This document shows, one piece after another, positions 1 to 12,400 of a stretch of DNA of 64,000 nucleotides. This DNA is from Podarcis filfolensis (Eukaryota). The position numbers and the translations under genes were made by a program. Position 1 is the first letter of the stretch; each line of letters opens with the position of its first letter. Under the pieces are notes generated by a model. The model had not been told where the DNA came from and did not search any database. It saw only the letters and a list, made by a program, of their open reading frames with translations. The DNA lies in assembly GCA_964270895.1 (NCBI GenBank), contig OZ185442.1; one strand, given 5' to 3'.

Positions 1-171
1 ATTTCAGAACGACTAATGTGTTCTCTCTGTAAAAAGTGGTCACAACTCAGGTAGGGAAAACAAACCTACAAGGCACTTTTGAACTTGTAAGCAGCAATGG
101 GAGGTTTGATAGAGAAGTGCTTTGGCCATCTTCCTCTTTGGCTGATGATCAGGTTTTTCTTTTCTTTTTAG

Positions 172-498
172 GTACCAAACAACAAGAAATTGTTGTTTCT
201 CGAGGCAAAATCTTGGAGTTGCTTCGTCCTGATCCGAACACAGGAAAAGTTCATACTTTGCTGACAGTGGAAGTCTTTGGAATCATTCGCTCTCTCATGG
301 CCTTCAGATTAACTGGTGGAACCAAAGACTACATTGTGGTGGGCAGTGATTCAGGTCGCATTGTTATCTTGGAATATCAGCCCTCAAAAAATGTGTTTGA
401 GAAGATTCACCAGGAAACCTTTGGCAAGAGTGGCTGTCGCAGAATTGTTCCTGGACAGTATTTGGCTGTGGATCCTAAGGGACGAGCTGTCATGATCA
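172..498 (+). CDS. SF3B3: SF3B3 exon 3 (327 nt)
   Basis: tttttag|GT ACC AAA...ATG ATC A|gtaagt; TKQQEIVV...GRAVMI. Confidence 0.97.
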
Positions 499-3400
499 GT
501 AAGTTGGGATGGTTGTTTTCAGTGGTATCTGTATAATACTGTTGAGTAACTGAATGGGAGAAATGATTTGGATAAGAAACATTGGTTGGTTTTTCTATCC
601 TTGGTTTAGGTTTTGAAACTGCTCCAATCAAAAGTGCTTTTATTGGCGATCCCAGTGCAACTAGATCTATGTTGCAAATGGGAACTGAGAAGTTGTGAGT
701 TTCCTTAGGCCGTCTAAGTGAGTTTGTGGTTGAGTTGATATTTAGACCAGGGATTCCCAGTTTATACTCTTAGCCACTCCAGCTAGATTTACTCTCAGCC
801 AATCAGGGTGATTCCATGTTATGAAGAATTTGTTGGAATGTAGTATAATTCAAAACACTTCCCTGCTACCCATTTGGTACTTGATGTGCTTATGTGTATG
901 ACTGCTGAAAACTGAACTAGAAATAGAGCTAAGTTTCCTTAATGGGGTGTAAGTGGAGCCTTCTGTGGGTGTCAGTTTGAAGAAAAGCACTTGAGCCCTA
1001 TATAACTGGTGCAACAGTTTTCTCTTCCCTGAAGTGATGATTAGGAATTCATGTCTCTTCTCTGACATAAGACATGGAGACATTTGGATCCAATTCTGAT
1101 CAGGTTCTCATCATAAATGCCCATTTTCTTTTGCATGCATCATGCCATTTTTTTTAAAGCTGTAATGTAATTTTGGGGTTTGATACAAATCTTAGTAGCT
1201 AAAGTGGATCTGTAAAAACATTGAACGTTGAACATGGTTTTCTAATTGTTTACCATCCTGTGATGAGAAAAAAGGTGTCTTCAAGGTGAGCCTCCACTGC
1301 CATGGTTATAAGAGCGTATGCAGCTACCTTAATGCCACATTTCCTTTATATGGGGCAGCACTATGACAATGGCAGTTATGGCTCTTGTAGGCCGGAAGAG
1401 GATGGGTGTGCGAAACCCAAGTCCTGCTGTGGTTCAACTTCTAATGTTAAACTGATTTAGTGTTACATCTGAATGCAACTACTGGTTCTTCCAACAGGAA
1501 AGTAGCAGGGGAAAACTGCTCTGTCTTGAGAGGGCTGCAAGGCCTGCTTATGCAAGAGTAGGGATTGGGCACTTTCAGCATTAAAGTGCAGACATCTTCT
1601 GCTTCTGTATTCCTAATGTTCTCTCTGTCTATCTCTTCGTAGGTGCCATTGAGAAGCAGAAGTTAGTGTACATTCTGAACAGGGATGCCGCAGCCCGACT
1701 CACAATTTCTTCCCCATTAGAAGCGCATAAAGCCAACACCTTGGTTTACCATGTAGTTGGAGTAGATGTGGGGTTTGAAAATCCCATGTTTGCCTGTCTG
1801 GAAATGGATTATGAGGTATTGAGGATTTTGTCTCTCTGGTGACTCTTCCCTGCTCAACTGTTTGTGTGTCTCTTTTTAAAAAATGCAACTAACACCTTGT
1901 TGACTCCTTTGTTAACGAAGTCAACTGTCCATCTTCAAGTTCTCCAATATGCTTATTATGCCCTTATAAATCAGCTGTCTTTCATCGTATTCTCCATAAT
2001 ACAGCAAAATAGAGATTTCTCTGGATGGCGTGGAGGAGGCCTCCAGTGCAACCATGGGTTAGGTCCCCACTATCAGAGTTAGGCAAGTCACATGACTGAG
2101 TACATAAACAGATCAGAAGGGCAAGGAGGGAAACAGGCCTTGGTGGGCAAGCAAGCGATTGCAGAGAGCAAGTGCTCTCCAAAGGTGCCCAAGTCCTTGA
2201 CTTTGGGCTTAGAACACAGCTTAAGATCAGAGGGCACCTCACCTGAATTTGTACTAGTAGTTTGTTCTTAGTGGCATATTAATAGCAACAATAGTATTAC
2301 TATTTGTTGTGTATATAGTGTCATTTATGCACCGGTATGATACATTCCTGTAACCTAAGAGATTTCCATTCTAAAACAGACACAGGGAAACAGTAAAAGA
2401 ATTGGGGAGGCAGGTGGAGAATGTGTGCTTGTTATTTAAGTTACGTCAGCTCTGGATACATGTGGGACAGGCACTGTAAGGAGTTGCATGGATGTCTCTT
2501 GAAGTGCTTTGGGGTGTTTTTATTCGTTAGTTTGATTATAAGTTTATATTAGAGGTCTCTGTACTGCCCTTCACCAAAATGGTCACAGGGTGGTTTACAA
2601 AGAACAAAACATAATTTTAATTTTTATAAGTAATTCTTATATATTACGTTCCATTGATTTTGTGGCAATAGGGTCAGTTGCTGCACCAGATAAACAGGCA
2701 GGTGGCAGACTGAATAATCAGTTTCTGAACTATTGGATATTTAAATTTTTTATTCATGGCGGTTTTGTCTTTCGGGACCTTCACTTACAGTGCAGGCAAA
2801 CCTTTTCAGTCTGCTTTATTATTCTTAATTTTTTCACTTTATTATGAACATTTAAATAGTATTTTTCAGTTGAAATTTCCAGGACAGCTTACGTTAAAAA
2901 TGCATCCAAGTGTATGTTCTCTTACGAGACAGAGTATGACACTAATTTATTGTTGGTACATGTATTGTTTTCCACAGGAAGCTGACAATGACCCAACAGG
3001 AGAAGCGGCAGCCAACACCCAGCAAACCTTGACATTTTATGAGTTAGATCTGGGTTTGAACCATGTTGTCAGGAAATACAGTGAACCCTTGGAAGAACAT
3101 GGCAACTTCCTCATTACAGGTACTGCTACCATTTCCAGTCCTTTTAGGGAAAAGGCATTATCCTAAGATGTCAGAAAGAGAACTTCTTGAGACAAATGCA
3201 CATTTTCTGTAGGCTCAAGCCATACTTGATGAATGAAAATTACAACAGCATTACAACTATCCTTGATAGTTGCTTTTGTGCCATGCTGTACAAAAGTGCA
3301 ACAAGTATTTCCACTCTATGCTCTACATTGCGAACCTAAAGTAGGTTAAAAAGCGGAGACCTCTGTTACTTAGTAGGCAGAAACCATCAGATTCATGAAA

Positions 3401-6400
3401 GCTCACCATATGTAACCCTCTCACTCCTGTGCTTTTCTTTGCTACTCTGATGATTGTCTGCACCTTAGCCCAAACCATGACATTGTCTTATTGCAGCAGA
3501 CATTCAAACACGAATAGATTACTGTCAAGCAGTCTGGCAGCCAGGCTGATACTGAACAGGGCAGGATTGGCAGAGGGGCAGCCAGAGTAGGAGAGCTGGC
3601 TTGCCAACCAGTTGGGTCATGCTGTTGAAAGAAACACCGGATATTTGCAAGTCCCTTCTTGCTTTCACTTCCTCTGCTTGAACACAGACCCCTCTTCAGC
3701 CTGAAAATGGTGGCAAACTTGTGCAGTTTTTTCTCAAGTGTACCTTGGGTAAACCAGTTCCACAAGAACCAGACGAAACTATAGATGCAGCTGCTCTTCT
3801 TCAGCTTCTTACAACATGTTTCTTTTATTCGTCAGTCCCTGGAGGTTCTGATGGTCCCAGTGGAGTGCTGATTTGTTCTGAAAACTACATCACCTATAAA
3901 AACTTTGGTGACCAACCAGATATCCGATGTCCCATTCCCAGGAGAAGGGTAAGGCTCTTGTAGCTTTTTTCACCCTAAAGGAATATCCCAGTAGCATTCT
4001 CTGGGCAGCTGAAAAAATGGTTCACCTTTCAGGTTTGGCCAGAAAACGCAGCATTTGTATGAATATGAATGCATTATTAACAAAGCTGTGTAGGCTTCAT
4101 TGAGGTCCTTAGTGAACTTGGGCTTCCATGGAGTGGGGAGTGGGTCTTCCCATTCCACACCTTACTTGTTAACGCCTTTTCCATATCAGCTAGAAAGAGC
4201 TGGCAGCAAAAGGTTGACTTACGATTTTGCAAAATTCCCAAAATTCTCTCAATGCTCATTATCTTGCTAAGACCATTAGGAATTTGAATCTATGTAACAA
4301 TATATCTGAAGAGTCCACAAGGGACTGTGCTGCCTGAGCTAGGCAGGCAGGCCACCATTGCCACCTCCAGCAGCTGTACTGGTAGACTTTGCAATAAATG
4401 TGGATGAGGTTGCTCTAGAAAGTGCATACTCCATCACCACTTTGTCATAACTGTGGAAAATACTCTTAAACAGTATTTGCTTTCATCACTGCAAAATGGC
4501 AGCAAATGCAAGCACTTTGCAGGGTGATCTTGCCCACTGTGCCTTATTCTGAGCAAGGCGTGAGATAGGCACCAAGGAGAGCATTTGGGCCATCCTTGGT
4601 TTATGGGAGGAAGGACCCAGTTGGATGGCTAGCAGTAGTGGCAGCTGGTGATGGAGGCAGGTCATTTGAAGGTAGGGGTGCCTAGTCTTCAGCCTGAGCT
4701 ATGTGGTGTAGAGTGGCTCATTATAGGACCAGCCACAAAAATATTAATTACCTAGTTAGTAGCTGAAACTATTATGATAGAAATTATTACTTAAGTATGG
4801 AAGTACTGCTAATTGTAAACTGAAAGTGAAAATGCTGTTGTGGCTTGATGTGATGAGTTGATGTCTCTTCTCTGATGCTTATTGTGGAGATGGCATTTCT
4901 TTCTGATCAAGCATTGTTGGTGATTATGTACTTGGTGCTGTGCAGGACACAGAAGACACTGTCTAGAGGTTTTTAAATTGCAAATCTATATTAGACAGTC
5001 AGAGACATTACTGAGAGAGGGCTGTACCTCCCGTCTGGTGGAGTTGGGGTACAGTCTCCTTTGTTGCTTTAGCCTTCAGGCAGCAACTACAAATGGTCCT
5101 CTTTCAGAGGGTGTTTGAGACCCTTGAGCTGCAGTTTTAAGGTTCATGTTTTTGTTCCACTGCAAACCATTGCTTTGCCTGTTCTTTTTCTTGGTAGTTT
5201 AATTTTATGTTTTAATGTTTATTTGTAAGGTCTCTTGGGTGCTTTGACAAGAGTCGGGAGATATAATTAATTTAATAAATAGATCATGTTGGAAATTGAT
5301 ATTTGATGGGGGGGAGAGCTGGACCCAGGGATTGTGAGGTTTATAGCTCCTGCAAGGCCCAGCGAAAGAAGCGAGGGAAGTGGCTTGATGGAGGGCTCGG
5401 GAGCAGCATCCCAGAAGGGCCCAGGAAGGAGGACTAGCAGGAGAAGAACTTTCCCAGAATGGAAGGAAGCAGTGAGGGAGCCTGGCAAAGCTGCTATAAA
5501 GAGGGGTGATATTTGCAGTAGGAGGGAAGCCATTAACAGGTGATTTCTAGCTATGATTCCATTAGGGCAGCTTCTGCCTTTGAGTCTGACTTGCTGTTCC
5601 TTCTGGCAGAATGACTTGGATGACCCTGAAAGAGGCATGATTTTTGTCTGCTCTGCTACACACAAGACCAAGTCTATGTTCTTCTTCTTGGCTCAGACTG
5701 AGCAGGGTGACATCTTCAAAATCACCTTGGAGACTGATGAGGACATGGTACGTCTCCTGCTGTATTCAGGAATGTTTGCTTGTGTGTGTGTGTGAGAGAG
5801 AGAGAGGGGGGGGAAAATGTTTGCTTGTGTGTGAGGGGCAGAGAGGGAGGAAGAATGGGTGATGTGTGAACTTTCACATCTAGCTCAAGCAGTAACTCAT
5901 TTGTGGTGGTTTCAGGTAACAGAAATTCGACTCAAGTACTTTGATACAGTTCCTGTCGCTGCTGCCATGTGTGTTCTGAAAACTGGGTTCCTCTTTGTGG
6001 CTTCTGAGTTTGGAAACCAGTAAGTAAAATCTCCGACTTCTTTCTGAAGGGTTGCTGAATTTTTTATGCTTGATACTGCTGTTGATGTTCTGCAAAGCAC
6101 ACATGCAGTTTTGGCTACCTTTCCTTCTCCAAATCTGGAAATTGTTCAGGTTGTGGCTGAATCTCAGACCCTTGCAACCAACCACAGGTATGGCCTGCCT
6201 GGTTGGTTTCATCTTGCCAATTTCATCAAGGAGTGTGTCAGTGTCCTGTTTTCAGAATCTTACAGCAAGCATGGGTGTTGTGGGTTATTATGTCAGGATA
6301 AAATTTTGGTTTGTTTAGCCAGTGAGGCCCAAACACATCTATACACATATAGCTCATGGTGTTATATTTCATTCACAGGAAGAGAGAAAGGATCTGGGGC

Positions 6401-9400
6401 AGAGAGCGTATCGTATTGTTTGCCTTTTCTACAGATAAACCAGGGGTAGTCAACCTTTTTATACCTACCGCCCACTAATGCATCTTTCTTGATGGTAAAA
6501 TTTCCTCACCGCCCACTAGTGCTCGATGGAAGGAGGATTCAGCTTGTGCCATAGAACCCCCTATCGCTCACCTAGAATCTTGAAATGCCCACTAGTGGGC
6601 GGTAGGGACCAGGTTGACAACTCCTGAGATAGACAAATAAGGATGTGAAGATGTGTCTTAAATTTGGCCCCTCAGCTACTCTCCTTTGTCCTCAAAGTGT
6701 TTTCTTCAGCAAGCATCCCTACATCTTGAACATAATTGAAATAGCAGAGCCTGGGGTGGGGAGGAAACGGTCCAGTTTAATCAGAAGTGGCCCTTCTATA
6801 GTCTCCCTCTTCTCTTTGCAGCTACCTCTATCAGATTGCTCATCTGGGGGATGATGATGAGGAGCCAGAGTTCTCCTCTGCCATGCCGTTGGAGGAAGGA
6901 GACACATTCTTTTTCCAGCCACGGCCTCTCAAGAACTTGGTGCTGGTGGATGAACTGGACAGCCTGTCTCCCATCTTGTGTTGCCAGGTATGCTGTGTGC
7001 TTTGTCCCATAGCTTGTGACAAGCAGCTGGGTTCTGTGTTGACCTCCGATGCTGGACATTGCATAGCCCGCTAGACCTTGAGAATAATTCCAAAAATGGT
7101 ATAAGTCTCCAATTCCTTTAGATCAGAAACACAAAGCAGGTGAGTTAGTTCTTTGTCATGTTTGTATTTCACTTTTCCTCAGAGTTGCTTAGCACAGCAT
7201 TCCTGTCGCTCCTCTTCCCACCATTTATTTTCACAGCTGCTACTTTGGGTTGTAGGTTAGGAGGTAATACCCCTATGAGAGAGTGTCTGACTTGGTGGAA
7301 GTTGTATCTAGTGCACTGCACTCTTCTGAATTTTGCCACTTTTAATTTTGCACGGGATTTGTTAGGGGCCCAGGACTTAACACTTTATGCACCCCCAATA
7401 GTTTGCAAAGTGGGCTAGCATAATATTTTCTTAAGTTGTGCCAGCTGTAGGTCATTGTGCAGCATTTTTACAGAAGTGACTATCTGAAGGGAGGGAATTT
7501 TGTCAGGAGAGAGCCCACTCCCAGTTGGAGCAGTCAGGATTTTTTATTTTTAAAAAGGTGACATTTGGGAGAGGGATGGCTTGAGGGCCACATTTGTTTT
7601 GCCATTCCTGAATGACAGTGGGGGATCTATGGAAGCAGTTCGTGTTTTTTTTTATAAAAAAAGGCCTACGGTCTTGAGTGGAAACAAAAACCCTTTGGGG
7701 GAGCCACTTGCGGCACCTGATTTATAAAAAGGTAATTTTATACAAAACACCAAAATGTAAATTAATACTTTAAAGTACCTCACAAAACTGCAAGCCTTTC
7801 AAAAAACCTAAATAATTGGCAAACCAAGTTAATGGACTATGTTGAAATGCGAAACTAACTGGAAAGCTCAGAAATCAAGACGACAAGAAATTTAAAAAAG
7901 AATGGGAAATATTTATGATGTATTTTCAAAAGTATTGTAAACAGGGTAATGCATTGGCAGGATTTTAAAAACACTTGAAATTTAAGAAATAGTACAGGAA
8001 ATCTGAGGTAAAAAAATAATTTGGAGTAGAAATGTTAATGCAGCTGAAAAGAAAACTTAAGGAACGGGGTGGGGAGTCACGGAGTTCGGAGAATCCCATC
8101 TTATGGATTTGATATTGTTTATGTATTTTTCTTTGTTTGTGGTTATTGTATTTGTTATTATGTGTGTTGTTGTTTGTTATTTTTGTTGAAAATTTATTAA
8201 AAATATATATTTAAAAAGCCTAAATACAATTTTGAAGGGAAATCCGAAAAGTTGAAATCTGAAAAACATGGAGTAAAAGGTTGGAAAATTAGCTCTTCCA
8301 TAAAAGATCGCTCCAACCGTAAGACTAATTCAGGGGAATTTCTTCCCCACTTGATGTCATTTGCCATTAGTTATTAATGCAGATTACCAGTTTATCAAGT
8401 GGCAAATGTGAGAACCTTTGCCGCAATCACATATGTAAATGGAAGTAAAATGTTGTAGCTCTATTTACGATGTTTCGAAAGTGATAACCGATCTTAATCG
8501 AACAACCTGTCACCTTTCCCCTCTTATCCCTGCATCTTGGCTGCTTTCTGTGCAGATAGCTGATCTGGCTAATGAAGACACCCCTCAGTTATATGTGGCC
8601 TGTGGGAGGGGGCCTCGGTCGTCACTGAGGGTCCTTAGACATGGACTTGAGGTAAGAAGGGCAGGACATGAAGAGCAAAGCTATTCTGGATCTTCCTCTT
8701 GGGTGGAACCTTTTTTGTTAGATGAGAATGGATTCACTGGTGTATTCTGAAGCTGAGTAGAGCTAGAACAGGCATAGGCAAACACTGCCCTCCAGATGTT
8801 TTGAGACTACAATTCCCATCATCCCTTACCCCTGGTCCTGTTAGCTAGGTATGATGGGAGTTGTAGTCCCAAAACATCTGGAGGGCCGAGTTTGCCTATG
8901 CCTTGGCTAGAAAGTCAGCCTAACTGATCTCACAGTTTGGTTGGATTTTAGAGCCAGGTGGGTGAATCACCTTTGCTGCACTGTGTGATAATTATATAAG
9001 AAGTCATAAATAGCATGTGCATTGGGGATTTTGGAGAAATATACTGAGCTAGATTTTCCAGTGTAAAGCATTTTTATAGTGGTTGAAGGACAGAATAATT
9101 CTTTTGTTTTCTCCTGTGTAATAGTAATAATTAGGTCCTTTCTATCTGGTGGAGAAAAGCTTTGTTTTAAGCTTTTTAGCATTAATAAATATGTCTTTCT
9201 CTAGGTATCTGAAATGGCCGTCTCAGAGTTGCCTGGTAACCCCAATGCTGTATGGACAGTGAGGAGGCATGTTGAAGGTAGGAGGTCTTCTGTGATGCAA
9301 ATGCAGTGGTAAATGGCACATTGAATTTCATTGTTCATCTACAAGTCACCTTTCTTGGTTCAGCTGTCTTTGCCTGGAGAGCATCTACCTGCCTCAGGAT

Positions 9401-12400
9401 TATGACTTTCATTCTTAAACTGGAGTAAGCACAAATGTTGTGTGAAAATTGCACATACCAACTAGGAGAGAAAATCTGCCTGTTTGTAGGTTTTTAGAAG
9501 CCCCTCCCTGCTGAGAGCAGGAGCACTGACAGTGCTGTTGCTCCCCTCGCTATGGATGTGGTGCATTCTGTTCAGTGCTCTCTTGGTAGTGTTGCCTTTA
9601 AGCTCACTGTCATGGCCTTTCTTGGTATCTCTTACTATGTTGTCATGATCATTACCACTCATGGTGTTCCTTCAGCCCCCACCTCCGCCTTTTACTGGAA
9701 TTGTCTTTGCCATACAGCCTTTGGTATCTTATGTGCTACTACACCTTCTGTGTGTTCCTGGAATCTCTGCTGGGACAATGAACCTGGGCGGCTGTCCTGG
9801 GACATTCTGTCTTGGGGTGTATTATTGCAATAGAACCTGACCTGTCTGTGGAAGAAGAAGAGGCCTTAATGCACAATCCTAGGCTTATGGTGGTAACATG
9901 ATTATTTCGCTCAAAAGCTCCATGTGCAGCACAATTATGACTCTTTATACTACATCATTTGCTTAATCATGAAAGAGTATTGTGCTTTTTTGGAATTAGG
10001 GGAAGTTGTAATGCCCTTCCCTGAAGGCATGTCTGAGAAATAACCAGGTACCACTCCTGACTTGCATTTGCCACTTGCTGAAGGCCCTTGCTCCTCATTG
10101 TGTGTGTGTGTGTGTGTGTTTGTTGTTGTTTTTCTTCATATATTAATCTGTCCTCTGTGATGGAGTCAAAAGTGTGTATGGTCTTCAGACAGGACATCTG
10201 TGCTGTTCTCAGCTGTCTAGCTAGCACAGAACTCTGGAAAGCCAGGACCTGTTTTGATCAGCCTTTCTGTATTTTCAGCAGTTCAAGATTTGCTCTGAAA
10301 ATGCTTTCCTGACCTGCAAGGGTTGCTTGTCATTCACATGGCTGGTGGTCAAGGAAAAAAATGCCCCTGTGAAACTTTTCCCAGACAGCAGCTGGTTTTT
10401 CATGGAGTGGAACTTAGAATCTTAGAGTTGGAAGGGACCCAAGGGCCATCTAGTCTAACCCCCTGCAATGTAGGAATCTCAGCTAAAGCATCCATGACAG
10501 ATGGCCATCCAACTTGTTCCATGTGTGAAAATAAATTTATTATATGTGGACTTCAGTGCCTCATAAATGTTTGGGTGACCCAAGTGAGTCCCAGCTCTCA
10601 CATTACAGTGTAGTTGAGTAGAATACATTGGTCAGGAGGAGAGCTTTACTGGTTCAGTTTTGTATCATGCACAAGGTTGTTTGATGCACTTAGTATTTAT
10701 TAATGGCTCCCTCTAACCAGGTGTGTGCCAGTTTTCACCATGTAATGTGTTAATGCAGTGGCTTGGTGTCCAAAAAATGCCAAGCTATGGTTTCTTAAAC
10801 CATGGTTGGGTTGTACCCTGCCCAGTGGCTTAACTATGGTTTGTTTACTGCCAACAAACCACAATTTGAAGCTGTGGGTTCTTGTTGGCTTTGGAGCCTT
10901 GTTTAGTTTTTAATTATGGCTTGCCATTATGTATGAATCCACCACATTTCCTCAATTACTATTTCTTTGGTCGCCTCACCACCTGCTCACTAAGCTACTA
11001 AGCTACAAAGACATGCGGCAAGATCAGCTTGAAAAGAAACCAAACTTGGGAAAAGAAAGCCATGGTTTGTTTTATTATCTGTGGTACAACTTGTGCCATA
11101 TACATGGTCAAACAAACAATGACTTCACTTTGTGTGCAAACCAGGCCAGTAGTACAAAACTGACTTGGTCATAATGTGGTAATCCTGCCTGTGTCTGGCT
11201 TGTGCTTCTGAAGTTCTGCATTCTCTCATGTTACATGTGTACCATATGAACCCCTTCCAAGCAAAAACTAACCTTGGCTGGTATGTGGTCCCTGCTACTA
11301 CCAATACCAAGCCTTCTTTTTTCTTCCACAGGTGGCTGGTGGTGGAGGTGCTGATCCCCTCCCACAGGTGTGTACCTACAGCCAAGGGCTGTAACTGGAG
11401 GAGGGAGGAAGAGGCACAACATTGAGGCTCTTTTTAAATTACTTTTCTTGCAAACACCTCTGTCAACAAACTATGTAAGAAGTCAGTATTCAAGTACCAC
11501 CTGAGTCCTCAGCCCTCTCCTGAGCTCCTGGGATAAGAACTGGCTTTTACTGTCCAATTGCTTTCCACATCCTTGGGGCCTTTCGCAAGATAAAGTTAAG
11601 CTTCACATGCCTGTAACTGTAAGGAACTGCCATCTGTTCTTGCCCACTGGTCCTGGGCATTCCAGTATTTTAATGGGGGGTGAGACCCAGTTCACGTTTA
11701 GAGATGTTAGTCTAGATATTCATTATACCATATCCTTCTACACCTCAGAGTTCTGGGTTTAGTAACTATGGTTCCTTACCGGAGTTCCCACTCTGGCTAC
11801 AAAATGAACAATACAGGCAGCTGTCTCTGATGCGCTGTTGACATATGATGGACCTTGTCTCTGCTCACTCACCCTGTTGGCCTCACCTTGCTCTGTGCTG
11901 AGAAGGAGAAAACGAGGTGCTGCTTGCCTGTCTTGATTCCTCTCTGGCTTGACTTCTTTCCCCTGCCTTTCACAGGAAGTTGGTGGTGGTGTTACCATTT
12001 CACTGCTGCTCACAAAATGACTTACAAGACTATTTAAATACAGCAGTTTATGCAGCAGTTAAAATCCATGTGCAAAGTTAAGAGGCATGAGATCACGGGC
12101 ATAATCTGCAACTTTTAAACAGTGATCTTCAAGTACTGCTGTGATCACTCCCTCCCTCACTCAAAACTTTGCTGATGCTATCTTTTATGGAGCAGCCAGA
12201 CACTGGGCATAAGTTTCATTGAATTTTTCCAAGAGAGTTTGGGCTAGGAAAGCCATGTATGCACTTTATTAGATCTAACACGTTACTTCTGCAACCACAA
12301 GAAAGGAATCTCAGCAAAAAATAATGTTTGTGAATGAATTCCTAGTGCTAATGAAACTGTTAACAATCTAGTCCATGATGAACTTCTGACTATTCGGACA

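Noticed and set aside
9552-9833. 93-aa hydrophobic ORF in SF3B3 intron 11
   Set aside because: It starts at a real ATG but matches no family I recognise; T/G-rich intron composition explains the hydrophobicity.
12370-12400. ATGATGA followed by CTGA, box C/D-like
   Set aside because: The boxes are only about 5 nt apart, with no terminal stem or guide.
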